From the NCBI GenBank assembly GCA_050249235.1, contig JBFWQW010000008.1, positions 1-57,853 of the forward strand: DNA of 57,853 nucleotides, given 5' to 3'. Positions 45,252 to 55,717 of this stretch are shown here, in pieces (position 1 is the stretch's first letter; each line of letters starts with the position of its first letter). Below the pieces are notes generated by a model, which saw only the letters and a program-made list of their open reading frames with translations, was not told the DNA's origin and did no database searches. The translations under genes and the position numbers were made by a program. Source of the DNA: Acidimicrobiia bacterium (GTDB taxonomy: Bacteria > Actinomycetota > Acidimicrobiia > Acidimicrobiales > CADCSY01).

Positions 45252-45351
45252 GCCGTCACGGACCGCGCCCGTCGGCGGGCGCCGGCGCCGCTGGCTGCGT
45301 CGTTGGACACTGTCGAATAGCTTCCTTCGTGCCGAGTACACTTCCTCGCCT

Positions 45352-45969
45352 GTGGAGATCAGGCCTGGACTGCGGGAACGTAAAAAAGCCGAGACTCGCA
45401 GGGCATTGCGTGTCGCCGCCTTCGAACTGGCGGTGGAGCGGGGGCCGGATCATGTCACCGTGGCCGACATCGCCGATGCCGCGAACGTGTCGGTCCGCAC
45501 CTTCTTCAACTACTACCCCTCGAAGGAGAGCGCGATCGTCGGCATCGACTCTGTGCTCGTCGAGACGGCCAGGCAGAAGCTGCTGGCCCGACCGGCCGAC
45601 GAGACGCCGTTCGAGGCCCTCCGCCGGGTGTTCGCTCCCGAGGAGACCGAGGTCAGCGACCTGGCCGACTCGCAGGCCACCCGGGTCCGCCTGGTGCTGT
45701 CCCACCCCGGCCTGAAGGACGCCCAGCTGGCCGGGCTCGACGAGCTGGGCTCGGTGCTCACCGAGGCGGTGGCCCAGCGGGTGGGCCTCGACCCCAACGA
45801 CCTCTACGCCGCCATGGTGGTGAGCTCGATGATCGCCGCCTTCCACCTGGTGCTGTCCCGGTGGGAGGCCGACGACCGGACGAGCTCCCTGCGTGAGGAG
45901 CTCGAGGAGGCGTTCGACATCCTGGCCGCCGGCTTCGGTGCCGTGCAGGTGCTGAACCGGAGCATCTGA
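45352..45969 (+). CDS. TetR/AcrR family regulator
   Basis: GLRERKKAETR, VTVADIADAANVSVRTFFNYYPSKE; GTG after TACACT. Confidence 0.92.
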   Translation: MEIRPGLRERKKAETRRALRVAAFELAVERGPDHVTVADIADAANVSVRTFFNYYPSKESAIVGIDSVLVETARQKLLARPADETPFEALRRVFAPEETEVSDLADSQATRVRLVLSHPGLKDAQLAGLDELGSVLTEAVAQRVGLDPNDLYAAMVVSSMIAAFHLVLSRWEADDRTSSLREELEEAFDILAAGFGAVQVLNRSI

Positions 45970-45989
45970 GCGGCCGCGCCGGGGCTCGC

Positions 45990-46964
45990 TCAGAGCCAGC
46001 CCCGGCGGCGGAACTCGCGGAACAGCACCAGGCAGGCCACCACGAGCCCGACGAGCACGGCCGGGTAGCCGAGCCTCGACCCCAGCTCGGGCATGTGCTC
46101 GAAGTTCATGCCGTAGATGCCCGCCACCATGGTCGGCACCGCCGCGATCGCCACCCAGGCACTGATCTTGCGCATGTCCTCGTTCTGGCGGACCCCCACC
46201 TGGGCGGCGTTGGCGGTGAGGGCGCTGCTGAGGATGTCGTCGAGGGCGTCGAGGCGGTCGCCGACCCGGAGCAGGTGGTCGAGCACGTCCCGGAACCAGG
46301 GCCGCAGGACCGGGTCGACCTCGGCCACCCGCCCGTCGGCGAGCCGGCTGACCGGCTCCTGGAGGGGCCGCACCGCCCGGCGGAAGTCGATCACCTCCCG
46401 CTTCAGCTTGAAGATCCGCTCCGAGTGGTCGACCCGCTCGCCGCTGAACACCTCGGCCTCGATCTGGTCGATGTCGACGTCGAGGTCGTCGAGGACCGAC
46501 TCGTACTCGTCGACCACGAGGTCGACGATGGCGTGGAGCACGGCCGCCGGGCCCTTGGCCAGCCGCTCCGGTTCGGCCTCCAGGGCCCGGCGGATCGTGG
46601 CCAGCCCGGTGTGGGTGCCGTGGCGCACGGTGACGAGGAAGCGGTGGCCGACGAAGGCCGTCAGCTCGCCGAGGTCGACGACCTCCTCGGAGTCGACGTA
46701 GGTGGCGGTGCGCAGCACGACGAACAGCGAGTCGCCGTACACGTCCAGCTTCGGCCGCTGGTGGGCGTGCACGGCGTCCTCGAGCGCCAGCGGGTGCAGG
46801 TCGAAGGCGGCGGCCACCTCGCCCATCTCGGCGTCCGTGGGCTCGTGGAGCCCGATCCAGAGGAAGGCGCCGGGGTCGCCGCCGCAGGCCTCGATGCCGG
46901 CGGCCAGGGAGGGCCCGACGTCGGTGCGGCGACCGGCCCGGTAGACGGCGGCGTCGACGATCAC
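45990..46964 (-). CDS. corA: Magnesium/cobalt transporter CorA
   Basis: WIGLHEP, LHPLALED..QRPK, NEDMRKISAW..PT..GIYGMNF..MPEL. Confidence 0.95.
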   Translation of the reverse strand: MIVDAAVYRAGRRTDVGPSLAAGIEACGGDPGAFLWIGLHEPTDAEMGEVAAAFDLHPLALEDAVHAHQRPKLDVYGDSLFVVLRTATYVDSEEVVDLGELTAFVGHRFLVTVRHGTHTGLATIRRALEAEPERLAKGPAAVLHAIVDLVVDEYESVLDDLDVDIDQIEAEVFSGERVDHSERIFKLKREVIDFRRAVRPLQEPVSRLADGRVAEVDPVLRPWFRDVLDHLLRVGDRLDALDDILSSALTANAAQVGVRQNEDMRKISAWVAIAAVPTMVAGIYGMNFEHMPELGSRLGYPAVLVGLVVACLVLFREFRRRGWL

Positions 46965-47229
46965 GGCCACAGCATGACGGACGGGGCAACCGGTGCCCGG
47001 GACCGGCGTGGGACCCGGGCCCGGCGCGTGCGCCGGGCCGGGCCGCGAACGACCTGGTCGGGCCGCCGGCGCGGACCTCGCCGGTGCGGAAGCTTGACCT
47101 GCCGTCGTACACTCAACGAGCGCCCTGCCAGGTTGCGGGCGCCGACCGGGCCATCGGAGTGGGTCCGGGTCGCCAGCGAGCCCTGACATCCGTGATCCGT
47201 GCCCGGCCAGCAGTGCCATCCGGCGAGCA

Positions 47230-48192
<963 letters not shown>

Positions 48193-48464
48193 CGCCCGTC
48201 GTCGTGCCGGTGGGATCGTCCCCGCCGGGTCGACGACGAAGGGGCGGTCTCCCCGACGGGCGTGGCCCGATGCGGTCGTCCGGCCACCCGGGCGCCGGCT
48301 GGCCCGCCAGGTCCGTGTCGATCGTTGCGCTCACGTGTCGGTCGAGTGGCGGACCGGTTGCGCCCTCTGTTACCGTCCCGTGACCACACGGGAACCGACT
48401 GCACCCCACCCTCACCGGCAACGGCGCCGACGTCTCACCACGGGAGCAGTTCACGCGGAGAGCG

Positions 48465-49061
48465 GTGCCGTTGCGAAGCTGTCCTTCCATCTTGCTGTTG
48501 AGCGCCGCCGTCACCGTGGTCGTGCCGCTCTCGCTCGGGTTGGCGCCGATCCCCGGCGAGGAGCCCGCCCCCCAGCAGGTCGCGCACCCGCCGGCCTCCC
48601 TCGTGCTGATCAGCATCGCCGACCCGGCCCCGCTGCCGGCGCTGCCGCCGATCCCGCTGCCGCCGCCCCCGCCCGACCCGCGCGACCCGGCCGCCTACGC
48701 CGACCCGATCGAGGGCAACGTCATCTCCGCCTTCGGCCGCCGCGACGGCCGCCGCCACGAGGGCCTCGACATCAAGGGCGGCCACCGGGCCCCGATCAGC
48801 GCCTCGTTCGCCGGCCGGGTCGTCCAGGCCGGCCAAGGCGGCACCGGCTACGGCCTGTCCGTGACCGTCGCCCACGGCGACGGGGTCACCACGCTCTACG
48901 CCCACCTCTCGTCCGTCTCGGTACGGGTCGGCGACGAGGTCACCGCCGGCCAGCAGGTCGGCCTGCAGGGCCAGACCGGACGGGCCACCACCGCCCACCT
49001 GCACTACGAGGTCCGGATCGGCGGCCGTCCCGTCGACCCCATGCCGTACCTGGCCGACTGA
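48465..49061 (+). CDS. Secreted M23 family peptidase
   Basis: Hydrophobic N-terminus, Pro-rich linker, HEGLD, YAHL, HLHYEV; start uncertain. Confidence 0.87.
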   Translation: MPLRSCPSILLLSAAVTVVVPLSLGLAPIPGEEPAPQQVAHPPASLVLISIADPAPLPALPPIPLPPPPPDPRDPAAYADPIEGNVISAFGRRDGRRHEGLDIKGGHRAPISASFAGRVVQAGQGGTGYGLSVTVAHGDGVTTLYAHLSSVSVRVGDEVTAGQQVGLQGQTGRATTAHLHYEVRIGGRPVDPMPYLAD

Positions 49062-49130
49062 GACCTGGTGCTGTGCGTGGAGGCCCCCGCGGACCCGGGC
49101 CGTCCGGCACCGGCCCCGTAGCCTGAGGCG

Positions 49131-50708
49131 GTGCCCCCCGCCCCTCCCGCCCCGGACGTCGTCGTCGAGGCGGCCCGGCGGCGGACCTTCGCCATCATCA
49201 GCCATCCCGACGCCGGGAAGACCACGCTCACGGAGAAGTTCCTCCTCTACGGCGGGGCGGTGCAGGAGGCGGGCGCGGTCAAGGCCAGGCGGGGCCGGCG
49301 CTCGGCGACGTCCGACTGGATGGCGATGGAGCAGGAGCGGGGCATCTCGATCACGTCCGCCGCCCTGCGCTTCGAGTACCGGGCCACCGCGCTCAACCTG
49401 CTCGACACCCCCGGCCACCGAGACTTCAGCGAGGACACCTACCGGGTGCTGGCCGCAGCCGACGCCGCCATCATGGTGCTCGACACGGCCAAGGGCATCG
49501 AGCCCCAGACCCGCAAGCTCTTCGAGGTCTGCCGCGACCGGGGCGTGCCGCTCCTGAGCTTCCTCAACAAGTTCGACCGCCCGGGCCGAGCGCCCCTCGA
49601 GCTGGTCGACGAGATCGAGGACCAGCTCGGCATCCGGGTCACGCCCGTCACCTGGCCGGTGGGCGAGCCCGGCGACTTCCGGGGCGTGGTCGACCGCCGG
49701 GACGGGACCTTCGTGCGCTTCGGGCGCAGCGCACGGGGCTCGACGGAGGCCACGGAGGAGATCGTCGACCCGTCCGGGGAAGGGGCGGCCTGGGACGCCG
49801 CCCACGAGGAGCTCGGCCTCCTCGATGCCGTGGGCGCCGACCACGACGAGAAGTCGTTCCTCGCCGGGGAGTCGACGCCGCTGTTCGTCGGCTCGGCGAT
49901 CACCAACTTCGGCGTCCGCAAGCTGCTCGACGCCGTGGTCGACCTGGCGCCCGGGCCCTCGCCGCGGGCCGACGCCGACGGCGACCTCCGGGCCCTCGAC
50001 GCGCCCTTCTCGGCCTTCGTGTTCAAGGTCCAGGCCAACATGGACCCGGCCCATCGCGACCGCCTGGCCTTCATCCGGGTGTGCTCGGGCCGCTTCGAGC
50101 GGGGGATGACGGCCGTGCACGGTCGGACCGGCAAGCCCTTCGCCACCAAGTACGCATCCAGCGTCTTCGGCTCCGACCGGGAGACCGTCGACGAGGCCTA
50201 CCCGGGCGACGTCGTCGGCCTGGTCAACGCCACCGAGCTGCGCATCGGCGACTCGCTCTACGTGGACGAGCCGGTGGCGTTTCCCGCCATCCCCACGTTC
50301 GCGCCCGAGGAGTTCGTGGTCGCCCGGCCGGTCGACACCGGGCGCTTCAAGCAGTTCCGCAAGGGCCTGGCCCAGCTCGACGAGGAAGGCGTGATCCAGG
50401 TCCTGCGCGACCCGGAGCTGGGCGACACCGCCCCGGTGCTGGCCGCCGTCGGGCGGATGCAGTTCGAGGTCTTCGCCTTCCGGCTCGACACCGAGTTCGG
50501 GGCCGCCGTCGAGCTGTCGCCGACCGCCTACCGCGTGGCCCGCCGCACCGACGAGGCCTCCGCCGCCGTGCTGCGTCGCACCACAGGGGTCCGGGTCATG
50601 AGCCGGGCCGACGGCACGCTGCTGGCCCTCTTCGAGAGCCCTTACTGGCTCGACCGGCTGCAGGCCGAGAACCCCGGCCTCACGCTGGAGCGGATCGTCG
50701 CCGACTGA
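49131..50708 (+). CDS. prfC: Peptide chain release factor 3
   Basis: RRRTFAIISHPDAGKTTLTEK, DTPGHRDFSEDTYR, NKFDR, FKVQANMDPAHRDR. Confidence 0.97.
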   Translation: MPPAPPAPDVVVEAARRRTFAIISHPDAGKTTLTEKFLLYGGAVQEAGAVKARRGRRSATSDWMAMEQERGISITSAALRFEYRATALNLLDTPGHRDFSEDTYRVLAAADAAIMVLDTAKGIEPQTRKLFEVCRDRGVPLLSFLNKFDRPGRAPLELVDEIEDQLGIRVTPVTWPVGEPGDFRGVVDRRDGTFVRFGRSARGSTEATEEIVDPSGEGAAWDAAHEELGLLDAVGADHDEKSFLAGESTPLFVGSAITNFGVRKLLDAVVDLAPGPSPRADADGDLRALDAPFSAFVFKVQANMDPAHRDRLAFIRVCSGRFERGMTAVHGRTGKPFATKYASSVFGSDRETVDEAYPGDVVGLVNATELRIGDSLYVDEPVAFPAIPTFAPEEFVVARPVDTGRFKQFRKGLAQLDEEGVIQVLRDPELGDTAPVLAAVGRMQFEVFAFRLDTEFGAAVELSPTAYRVARRTDEASAAVLRRTTGVRVMSRADGTLLALFESPYWLDRLQAENPGLTLERIVAD

Positions 50709-50755
50709 CACCCGCGCGTCCCGTTCCTTGGCGACTGGGCCGGGGTTGTCCCACG

Positions 50756-51616
50756 TCACTCGACAGAGGACGAGCGATCGGCGGGGGGTCCGCCCCGGTG
50801 GGCGGCGAGCACGGCGTCGCCCAGCGCCGGCCAGGCCGCCAGAGCCCAGTCCCCGAAGCTCCGGTCGGTGAGGCAGGCGCAGGCCAGGTCGGCGTCGGGG
50901 TCGACCCACAGGAAGCCGCCGGCCCGCCCGAAGTGGCCGAACGTGGCGGGCGAGCCCGTGGTGGCGGTCCAGTGGGGCGACTTCGTGCCCCGCCGCTCGA
51001 CACCGAGGCCCCAGTCGTTCGGCGCCTGGCGACCGAAGCCGGGAAGGATCCCGGCCAGGCCGGGGAAGGCCACCGCCGTCGCCGTCCGCCAGGTCTCCGG
51101 GGCGACCAGGCTGGGGCGGAGCAGCTCGACGGCGAGGCGGACGAGGTCGTCGAGGCTGCCCCTGGCGCCGGAGGCCGGCGAGCCGGCCAGGGTGGTGCTG
51201 ACCATCCCGAGGGGCTCGAGCACGGCCTCCGTGAGGTACCGCTCGAAGGGCATGCCGGCGGCGGTCGCCAGCCGGTCGGCCGCCACCTCGATGCCCCGGT
51301 TCGAGTAGGCCCGGCGGGTGGCGGGTGGACCCACCACCTCGTCGCTCTCGAAGGCGAGGCCGGACGCGTGGGACAGGAGGTGGCGGATCGTCGAGCCGGG
51401 CGGACCGGCCTCCTCGTCCCAGTCGAGGGTGCCCTCCTCGACGGCCACCCACACGGTCATCGCGGTCAGCACCTTCGTGATCGACGCCCACTCGAGCACC
51501 CGGTCGGTCGGTCCGACGGCGTCGATGGCGCCGGCCGGGCCGACGACCGCGACGGCGGCCACGCCCACCGGCCAGGCGGCGACGGCGCCCAGGGCCGGGC
51601 CGAAGGGCGTGCTCAC
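50756..51616 (-). CDS. Serine hydrolase, beta-lactamase-like family
   Basis: WASITK (SxxK), LLSHASG, YSN, FGHFG; GTGA overlap with upstream gene. Confidence 0.88.
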   Translation of the reverse strand: MSTPFGPALGAVAAWPVGVAAVAVVGPAGAIDAVGPTDRVLEWASITKVLTAMTVWVAVEEGTLDWDEEAGPPGSTIRHLLSHASGLAFESDEVVGPPATRRAYSNRGIEVAADRLATAAGMPFERYLTEAVLEPLGMVSTTLAGSPASGARGSLDDLVRLAVELLRPSLVAPETWRTATAVAFPGLAGILPGFGRQAPNDWGLGVERRGTKSPHWTATTGSPATFGHFGRAGGFLWVDPDADLACACLTDRSFGDWALAAWPALGDAVLAAHRGGPPADRSSSVE

Positions 51617-52791
51617 CGGGTGGCGTCGAGCTCGAACCACACCGTCTTGCCCCGGTGCGGGGCGACGTCGACGCCCCAGCGGGCGGCGAGCTGGTCGAGC
51701 AGCATGACTCCCCGACCCGACGTGGCGTCGACACCGAGGTCGAGCCGGCGGGGAGGCGTGTCGCTGACGTCCGAGACCGACACCCGCACCCGGCCGAGGT
51801 CGTGCTCGACCTCGATGCGGGCGTGCCCGCCCCCGTGCACCACGGCGTTGGTGACGACCTCACTGGCGAGCAGGACGGCCGGCTCGAGCAGGTCGTCGAG
51901 GCCGTGGGCGGCGAGCGACGCGGTCACGATGCGACGGGCCCGACCCGGGGCGGTGGCGTCGGAGGGCAGGTCGGCCGAGAGCAGCGTGGCCGTCGCCACC
52001 TCCTCGGGCACCCGGGCCACGGCCACGACCAGGTTGTCGGTCGGCGCGTCCTCGACGAAGGCCCGGGCGGCGGTCTCGATCCGCTCGGCGAGCACCGCGG
52101 CGGTGAAGCCCGTGCACCGGGCGAGCACCGCCCTGAGCTCCTCCTCGTCGAAGCGCCCGCCGCCCCGCCGCCCGGTGAGTCCGGCCGTGTAGAGGACCAG
52201 CGAGTCGCCCCGACCGAGGAGGAGCTCGGTGTCGTCGAGGGCCGGGTGCTCGTCGACGCCGAGGACCGGCCCGGCCGCCCGCACGACCTCGACGGCGCCG
52301 TGGCGGCGGAGGACGAGGGGCGCCGGGTGGCCGGCGACGGCGATCGAGACCCGGGCGGCGCCCTCGATGGGCTCGACCACCGCCACGACCGCGGAGCAGC
52401 GGCGGGGCGTCCGTCCGTCGTCGTCCTCTCCGCCGTGCTCGCCGCCGAGCCCGAGGAGCAGCTCGTTGAGCGATCGCAGCATGACCGCCGGCGACCGCTG
52501 CCCGAGAGCTTCGCCCCGGATGGCGTCGCGGGCGGTGGTGGCCACGGCCGCCGTCTCTTCGTCGTCGCCCCGGACGTCGCCGAGCACGACCGCCCACCGG
52601 CCGTCGGCGGTGCCGGGCCGACCGAGGCGGACGATGTCGTAGAAGTCGCCGCCGTGGGCCCCGCCGCCGAGGGCCCCGCCGCCGAGGGCCCTGCCGCCGA
52701 GGGCCCCGCCGCCGAGAGCATGGAAGCGCACCACCGCCTCGAGCCCCGGCACCTCGAGCCCGGACCCGGCCGGGACGGTGGGCGGCGTCAT
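51613..52791 (-). CDS. SpoIIE/PP2C-like domain fused to RsbW-like HATPase (probably phosphatase-dead)
   Basis: GGDFYD, VLGDV, AGHPAPL, LVLYTAGL, then SEVVTNAVVH, SGRG, GKTVWFEL; 15-bp repeat x~5 at 52648-52719. Confidence 0.85.
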   Translation of the reverse strand: MTPPTVPAGSGLEVPGLEAVVRFHALGGGALGGRALGGGALGGGAHGGDFYDIVRLGRPGTADGRWAVVLGDVRGDDEETAAVATTARDAIRGEALGQRSPAVMLRSLNELLLGLGGEHGGEDDDGRTPRRCSAVVAVVEPIEGAARVSIAVAGHPAPLVLRRHGAVEVVRAAGPVLGVDEHPALDDTELLLGRGDSLVLYTAGLTGRRGGGRFDEEELRAVLARCTGFTAAVLAERIETAARAFVEDAPTDNLVVAVARVPEEVATATLLSADLPSDATAPGRARRIVTASLAAHGLDDLLEPAVLLASEVVTNAVVHGGGHARIEVEHDLGRVRVSVSDVSDTPPRRLDLGVDATSGRGVMLLDQLAARWGVDVAPHRGKTVWFELDATR

Positions 52792-52930
52792 CTCGTCATT
52801 GCAGCACAGCCGCTCCCGCCGTCCCGGGAGCCCCCGGCCGACCGGGGGGCAGGGAGGGGGCCGGCGGCGCCGGTGCCGGTCGGGTGCCGATCCTCCCGCC
52901 GGCGGGGACGGTTGGTACCCTTCGCGTGAC

Positions 52931-54091
52931 ATGCCCCCCTCCTTTGCTTCCCTCGGCGTGTCGGCTGACCTGGTCGCTGCGCTCGCGGAGCGAGGAATCG
53001 CCGAACCGTTCCCCGTCCAATCCCTCACGATCCCCGACGCGCTCGCCGGTCGCGACGTCTGCGGGAAGGCCAAGACGGGTTCGGGCAAGACGCTCGCCTT
53101 CGGCATCCCGATCCTGGAGCGGACCGGTGCCGGCGGTCCCAGCCGGCCCCATGGCCTGGTGCTGGTGCCCACCCGGGAGCTGGCCGTGCAGGTGGCCGAG
53201 GTGCTCGAGCCCCTGGGCCAGGTGCGGGGCCGCACCGTCCGGGCCGTCTACGGCGGCACCGACATCGAGCGCGAGATCAAGAAGCTGCGGGCCGGCGTCG
53301 ACGTCGTCGTCGCCACGCCCGGCCGCCTGATCGACCTCCTCGACCGGCGTGAGCTCTTCCTCGACGACCTCGAGGTCGTGGTGCTCGACGAGGCCGATCG
53401 CATGGCCGACATGGGCTTCCTGCCCCAGGTCGAGTGGATCCTGCGCCGGGCTCCCGCCGACCGCCAGACGATGCTCTTCTCGGCGACGCTCGACGGCGCC
53501 GTCGACCACATCGTGCGGGTCCACCTGCGCGAACCGATCGCCCACGAGGTCGTGTCCGACTCGGTCACCGTCGAGGACATGACCCACCGGTTCCTGTCCG
53601 TGCACCAGCTCGACAAGGTGAAGGTGATCGCGTCGATCGCCCGGGGGGTCGACCGCTGCCTCGTCTTCGTGCGCACCAAGCGGGGTGCCGACAAGCTCGC
53701 CTCCCAGCTCGAGCGGGAGGGCGTGGAGGTCCTCCCCATCCACGGCGACCTCCGCCAGTCGGCCCGCGAGGCCGCCCTGCGGGCCTTCACCGACGGGAAG
53801 CTCCACGTGCTGGTGGCCACCGACGTCGCCGCCCGCGGCATCCACGTGGACGAGATCGACGTGGTCGTGCACGCCGACCCGCCCGAGGACCACAAGACCT
53901 ATCTCCACCGCTCCGGCCGCACCGCCCGGGCCGGGACGTCCGGCGTGGTGGTGACGCTGGTGCTCTGGAACCAGGAGAACGAGGTCAAGCAGCTCCAGCG
54001 CCGCCTCGGGCTGGACCTGCCACTGGTCGAGGTCTTCTCCAACGATCCCCGCCTGGCCGACCTGGCCGCCTGGGACGCCGCCACGGTCTGA
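52931..54091 (+). CDS. DEAD-box RNA helicase
   Basis: Q motif, KTGSGKT, PTRELA, TPGR, DEAD, SAT, HGD, ARGI, HRSGRTAR. Confidence 0.96.
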   Translation: MPPSFASLGVSADLVAALAERGIAEPFPVQSLTIPDALAGRDVCGKAKTGSGKTLAFGIPILERTGAGGPSRPHGLVLVPTRELAVQVAEVLEPLGQVRGRTVRAVYGGTDIEREIKKLRAGVDVVVATPGRLIDLLDRRELFLDDLEVVVLDEADRMADMGFLPQVEWILRRAPADRQTMLFSATLDGAVDHIVRVHLREPIAHEVVSDSVTVEDMTHRFLSVHQLDKVKVIASIARGVDRCLVFVRTKRGADKLASQLEREGVEVLPIHGDLRQSAREAALRAFTDGKLHVLVATDVAARGIHVDEIDVVVHADPPEDHKTYLHRSGRTARAGTSGVVVTLVLWNQENEVKQLQRRLGLDLPLVEVFSNDPRLADLAAWDAATV

Positions 54092-54162
54092 GCCGGGACG
54101 GCCCGTCGGTGCCGCCGGACGGACGCGGCGAGAGGACGTCGCGGAGGCGACGGAGGGTCGAG

Positions 54163-55626
54163 GTGACGACGACGCCCGCCGACCCCTGGGAGCCGGGCCG
54201 CCGGCTCGAGGCCTCGCTGCTTCCCGATCGACGCCGGGCGACGGGCGCCTGGTACACGCCACCGGCGCTGGCGGCCGAGGTGGCGGGCCGGGCACTGGAT
54301 GCGTGCGAGGCGCCCCTCCCGCTGGTGTGCGATCCGGCCTGCGGCGGGGGCGCCTTCCTCCTGGCCGCGGCCGAGCACCTCGCCGCCCGCGGCCACGAGC
54401 GGGCGGCCGTCGTGCGGCGGCTCGTGGCCATGGACCTCTCGCCCGAGGCGGTGGCGGCGACGGCCGAGGCCCTCGAGCGGTGGTGCGGCGGGGAGGCCAC
54501 GCCGGTCGTGGCCGTCGGCGACGCGCTGGTCGACCCCTGGCCGGCGGTGCCCGACGTCGTGGTCGGCAACCCGCCCTTCCTCGGCCAGCTGTCGTCGGCG
54601 ACGGCCCGGACGCCGGCCCGGGCCGCCGCCCTGCGGGCCCGCTGGGGCGAGGCCGCCAGCGGCTACGTCGACGACGCCGCGCTCTTCCTCCTCGCCGCCT
54701 GCCGGGCGGTCCGGCCCGGGGGGTCGGTCGGGTTGCTGCAGGCCGAGTCGGTCCTCGCCACCCGGTCGGCGGCCGGGGTGCGGGCCGAGGTGGCCCCGGG
54801 GCTGCGCCGGGTCGACCTGCACGGCGACCGGTGGTTCGACGCCGGGGTGCGGGTGTGCTCGGTCGTGGTGGCGCCCGGCCGGGGCGGTGAGATCCCCCTC
54901 GTCCGGGGCGACCGCTGGTCGCCGCTGGTGGCGACGGCCCGGGGGGTGCCGGACGTGGCCCGGCCGGACGGCCCGCCCCTCGGGAGCGTGGCCCGGGTGT
55001 GGGCCGGCTTCCGCGACGAGTTCTACGGCCTGGCACCGCTCGTCGGCGAGTCGGCCGGCCACAGGGTGATCACGGGCGGCCTCGTCGACCCGGCATCCAG
55101 TCGGTGGGGTGAGGTCCCGGCGAGGATCGGAGGTCGGCGCTGGGCCACGCCGGCGGTCGACCCGGCCCGGCTGCCGGCCTGGGCGACGTCGCTGCTGCGC
55201 CCGAAGCTGCTGGTGGCCACCCAGACCCGGGTCGTCGAGGCGGTCGCCGACCCGGGGGGGACCTGGGTGCCGATCACGCCGGTGGTGTCGGTGATCCCGG
55301 AGGGTGCCGGGCCCGGCCTGCTGCACCTGCTGGCGGTGCTGCTGGCCCCGCCCGTCTCGGCGTGGGCGATGACGGCCACGGCCGGCTCGGCCCTCTCGGG
55401 CGATGCCCTGAAGGTGAGCGCCGGTCTGGTCCGCGACCTGCCGCTGCCGTCGGCAGGCGCCGACTGGGACGAGGCGGCGGCGCTCGTGGGCGAGGCCGGC
55501 GTGGCCGCCGGCGCCGGCGAGCGGGGCCGGTGCCTCGACGCCGCCGGGGCGGCGATGTGCCGGGCCTACGGCGTGGATGCCGACCCCGTCCTCGGCTGGT
55601 GGTCGGCCCGCCGACCCCGGCGCTGA
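54163..55626 (+). CDS. Orphan N6-adenine DNA methyltransferase (gamma class / TaqI-like)
   Basis: GAWYTP, DPACGGGAFL, GDAL, GNPPF; GGAGG RBS; TRD-like C-terminus ending LPLP. Confidence 0.85.
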   Translation: MTTTPADPWEPGRRLEASLLPDRRRATGAWYTPPALAAEVAGRALDACEAPLPLVCDPACGGGAFLLAAAEHLAARGHERAAVVRRLVAMDLSPEAVAATAEALERWCGGEATPVVAVGDALVDPWPAVPDVVVGNPPFLGQLSSATARTPARAAALRARWGEAASGYVDDAALFLLAACRAVRPGGSVGLLQAESVLATRSAAGVRAEVAPGLRRVDLHGDRWFDAGVRVCSVVVAPGRGGEIPLVRGDRWSPLVATARGVPDVARPDGPPLGSVARVWAGFRDEFYGLAPLVGESAGHRVITGGLVDPASSRWGEVPARIGGRRWATPAVDPARLPAWATSLLRPKLLVATQTRVVEAVADPGGTWVPITPVVSVIPEGAGPGLLHLLAVLLAPPVSAWAMTATAGSALSGDALKVSAGLVRDLPLPSAGADWDEAAALVGEAGVAAGAGERGRCLDAAGAAMCRAYGVDADPVLGWWSARRPRR

Positions 55627-55717
55627 CGGCGGCGCCGGCCCCGGACCCCCTCCCGGCGGCAGGCCGGGGAGAAACCGTCGCGGGAGCAGGCACGGCTCGG
55701 GCGTAGCCTTGCCCGGG

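Noticed and set aside
48330-48465. c-di-AMP (ydaO) riboswitch upstream of the M23 gene
   Set aside because: Only GGGAACC matches; the GAATC, GGGGTGAA and CAGCTAAC elements are not visible
55627-55717. SAM riboswitch upstream of metX
   Set aside because: No recognisable SAM-I/IV core, and TAGCCT 8 nt before the ATG suggests a leaderless transcript
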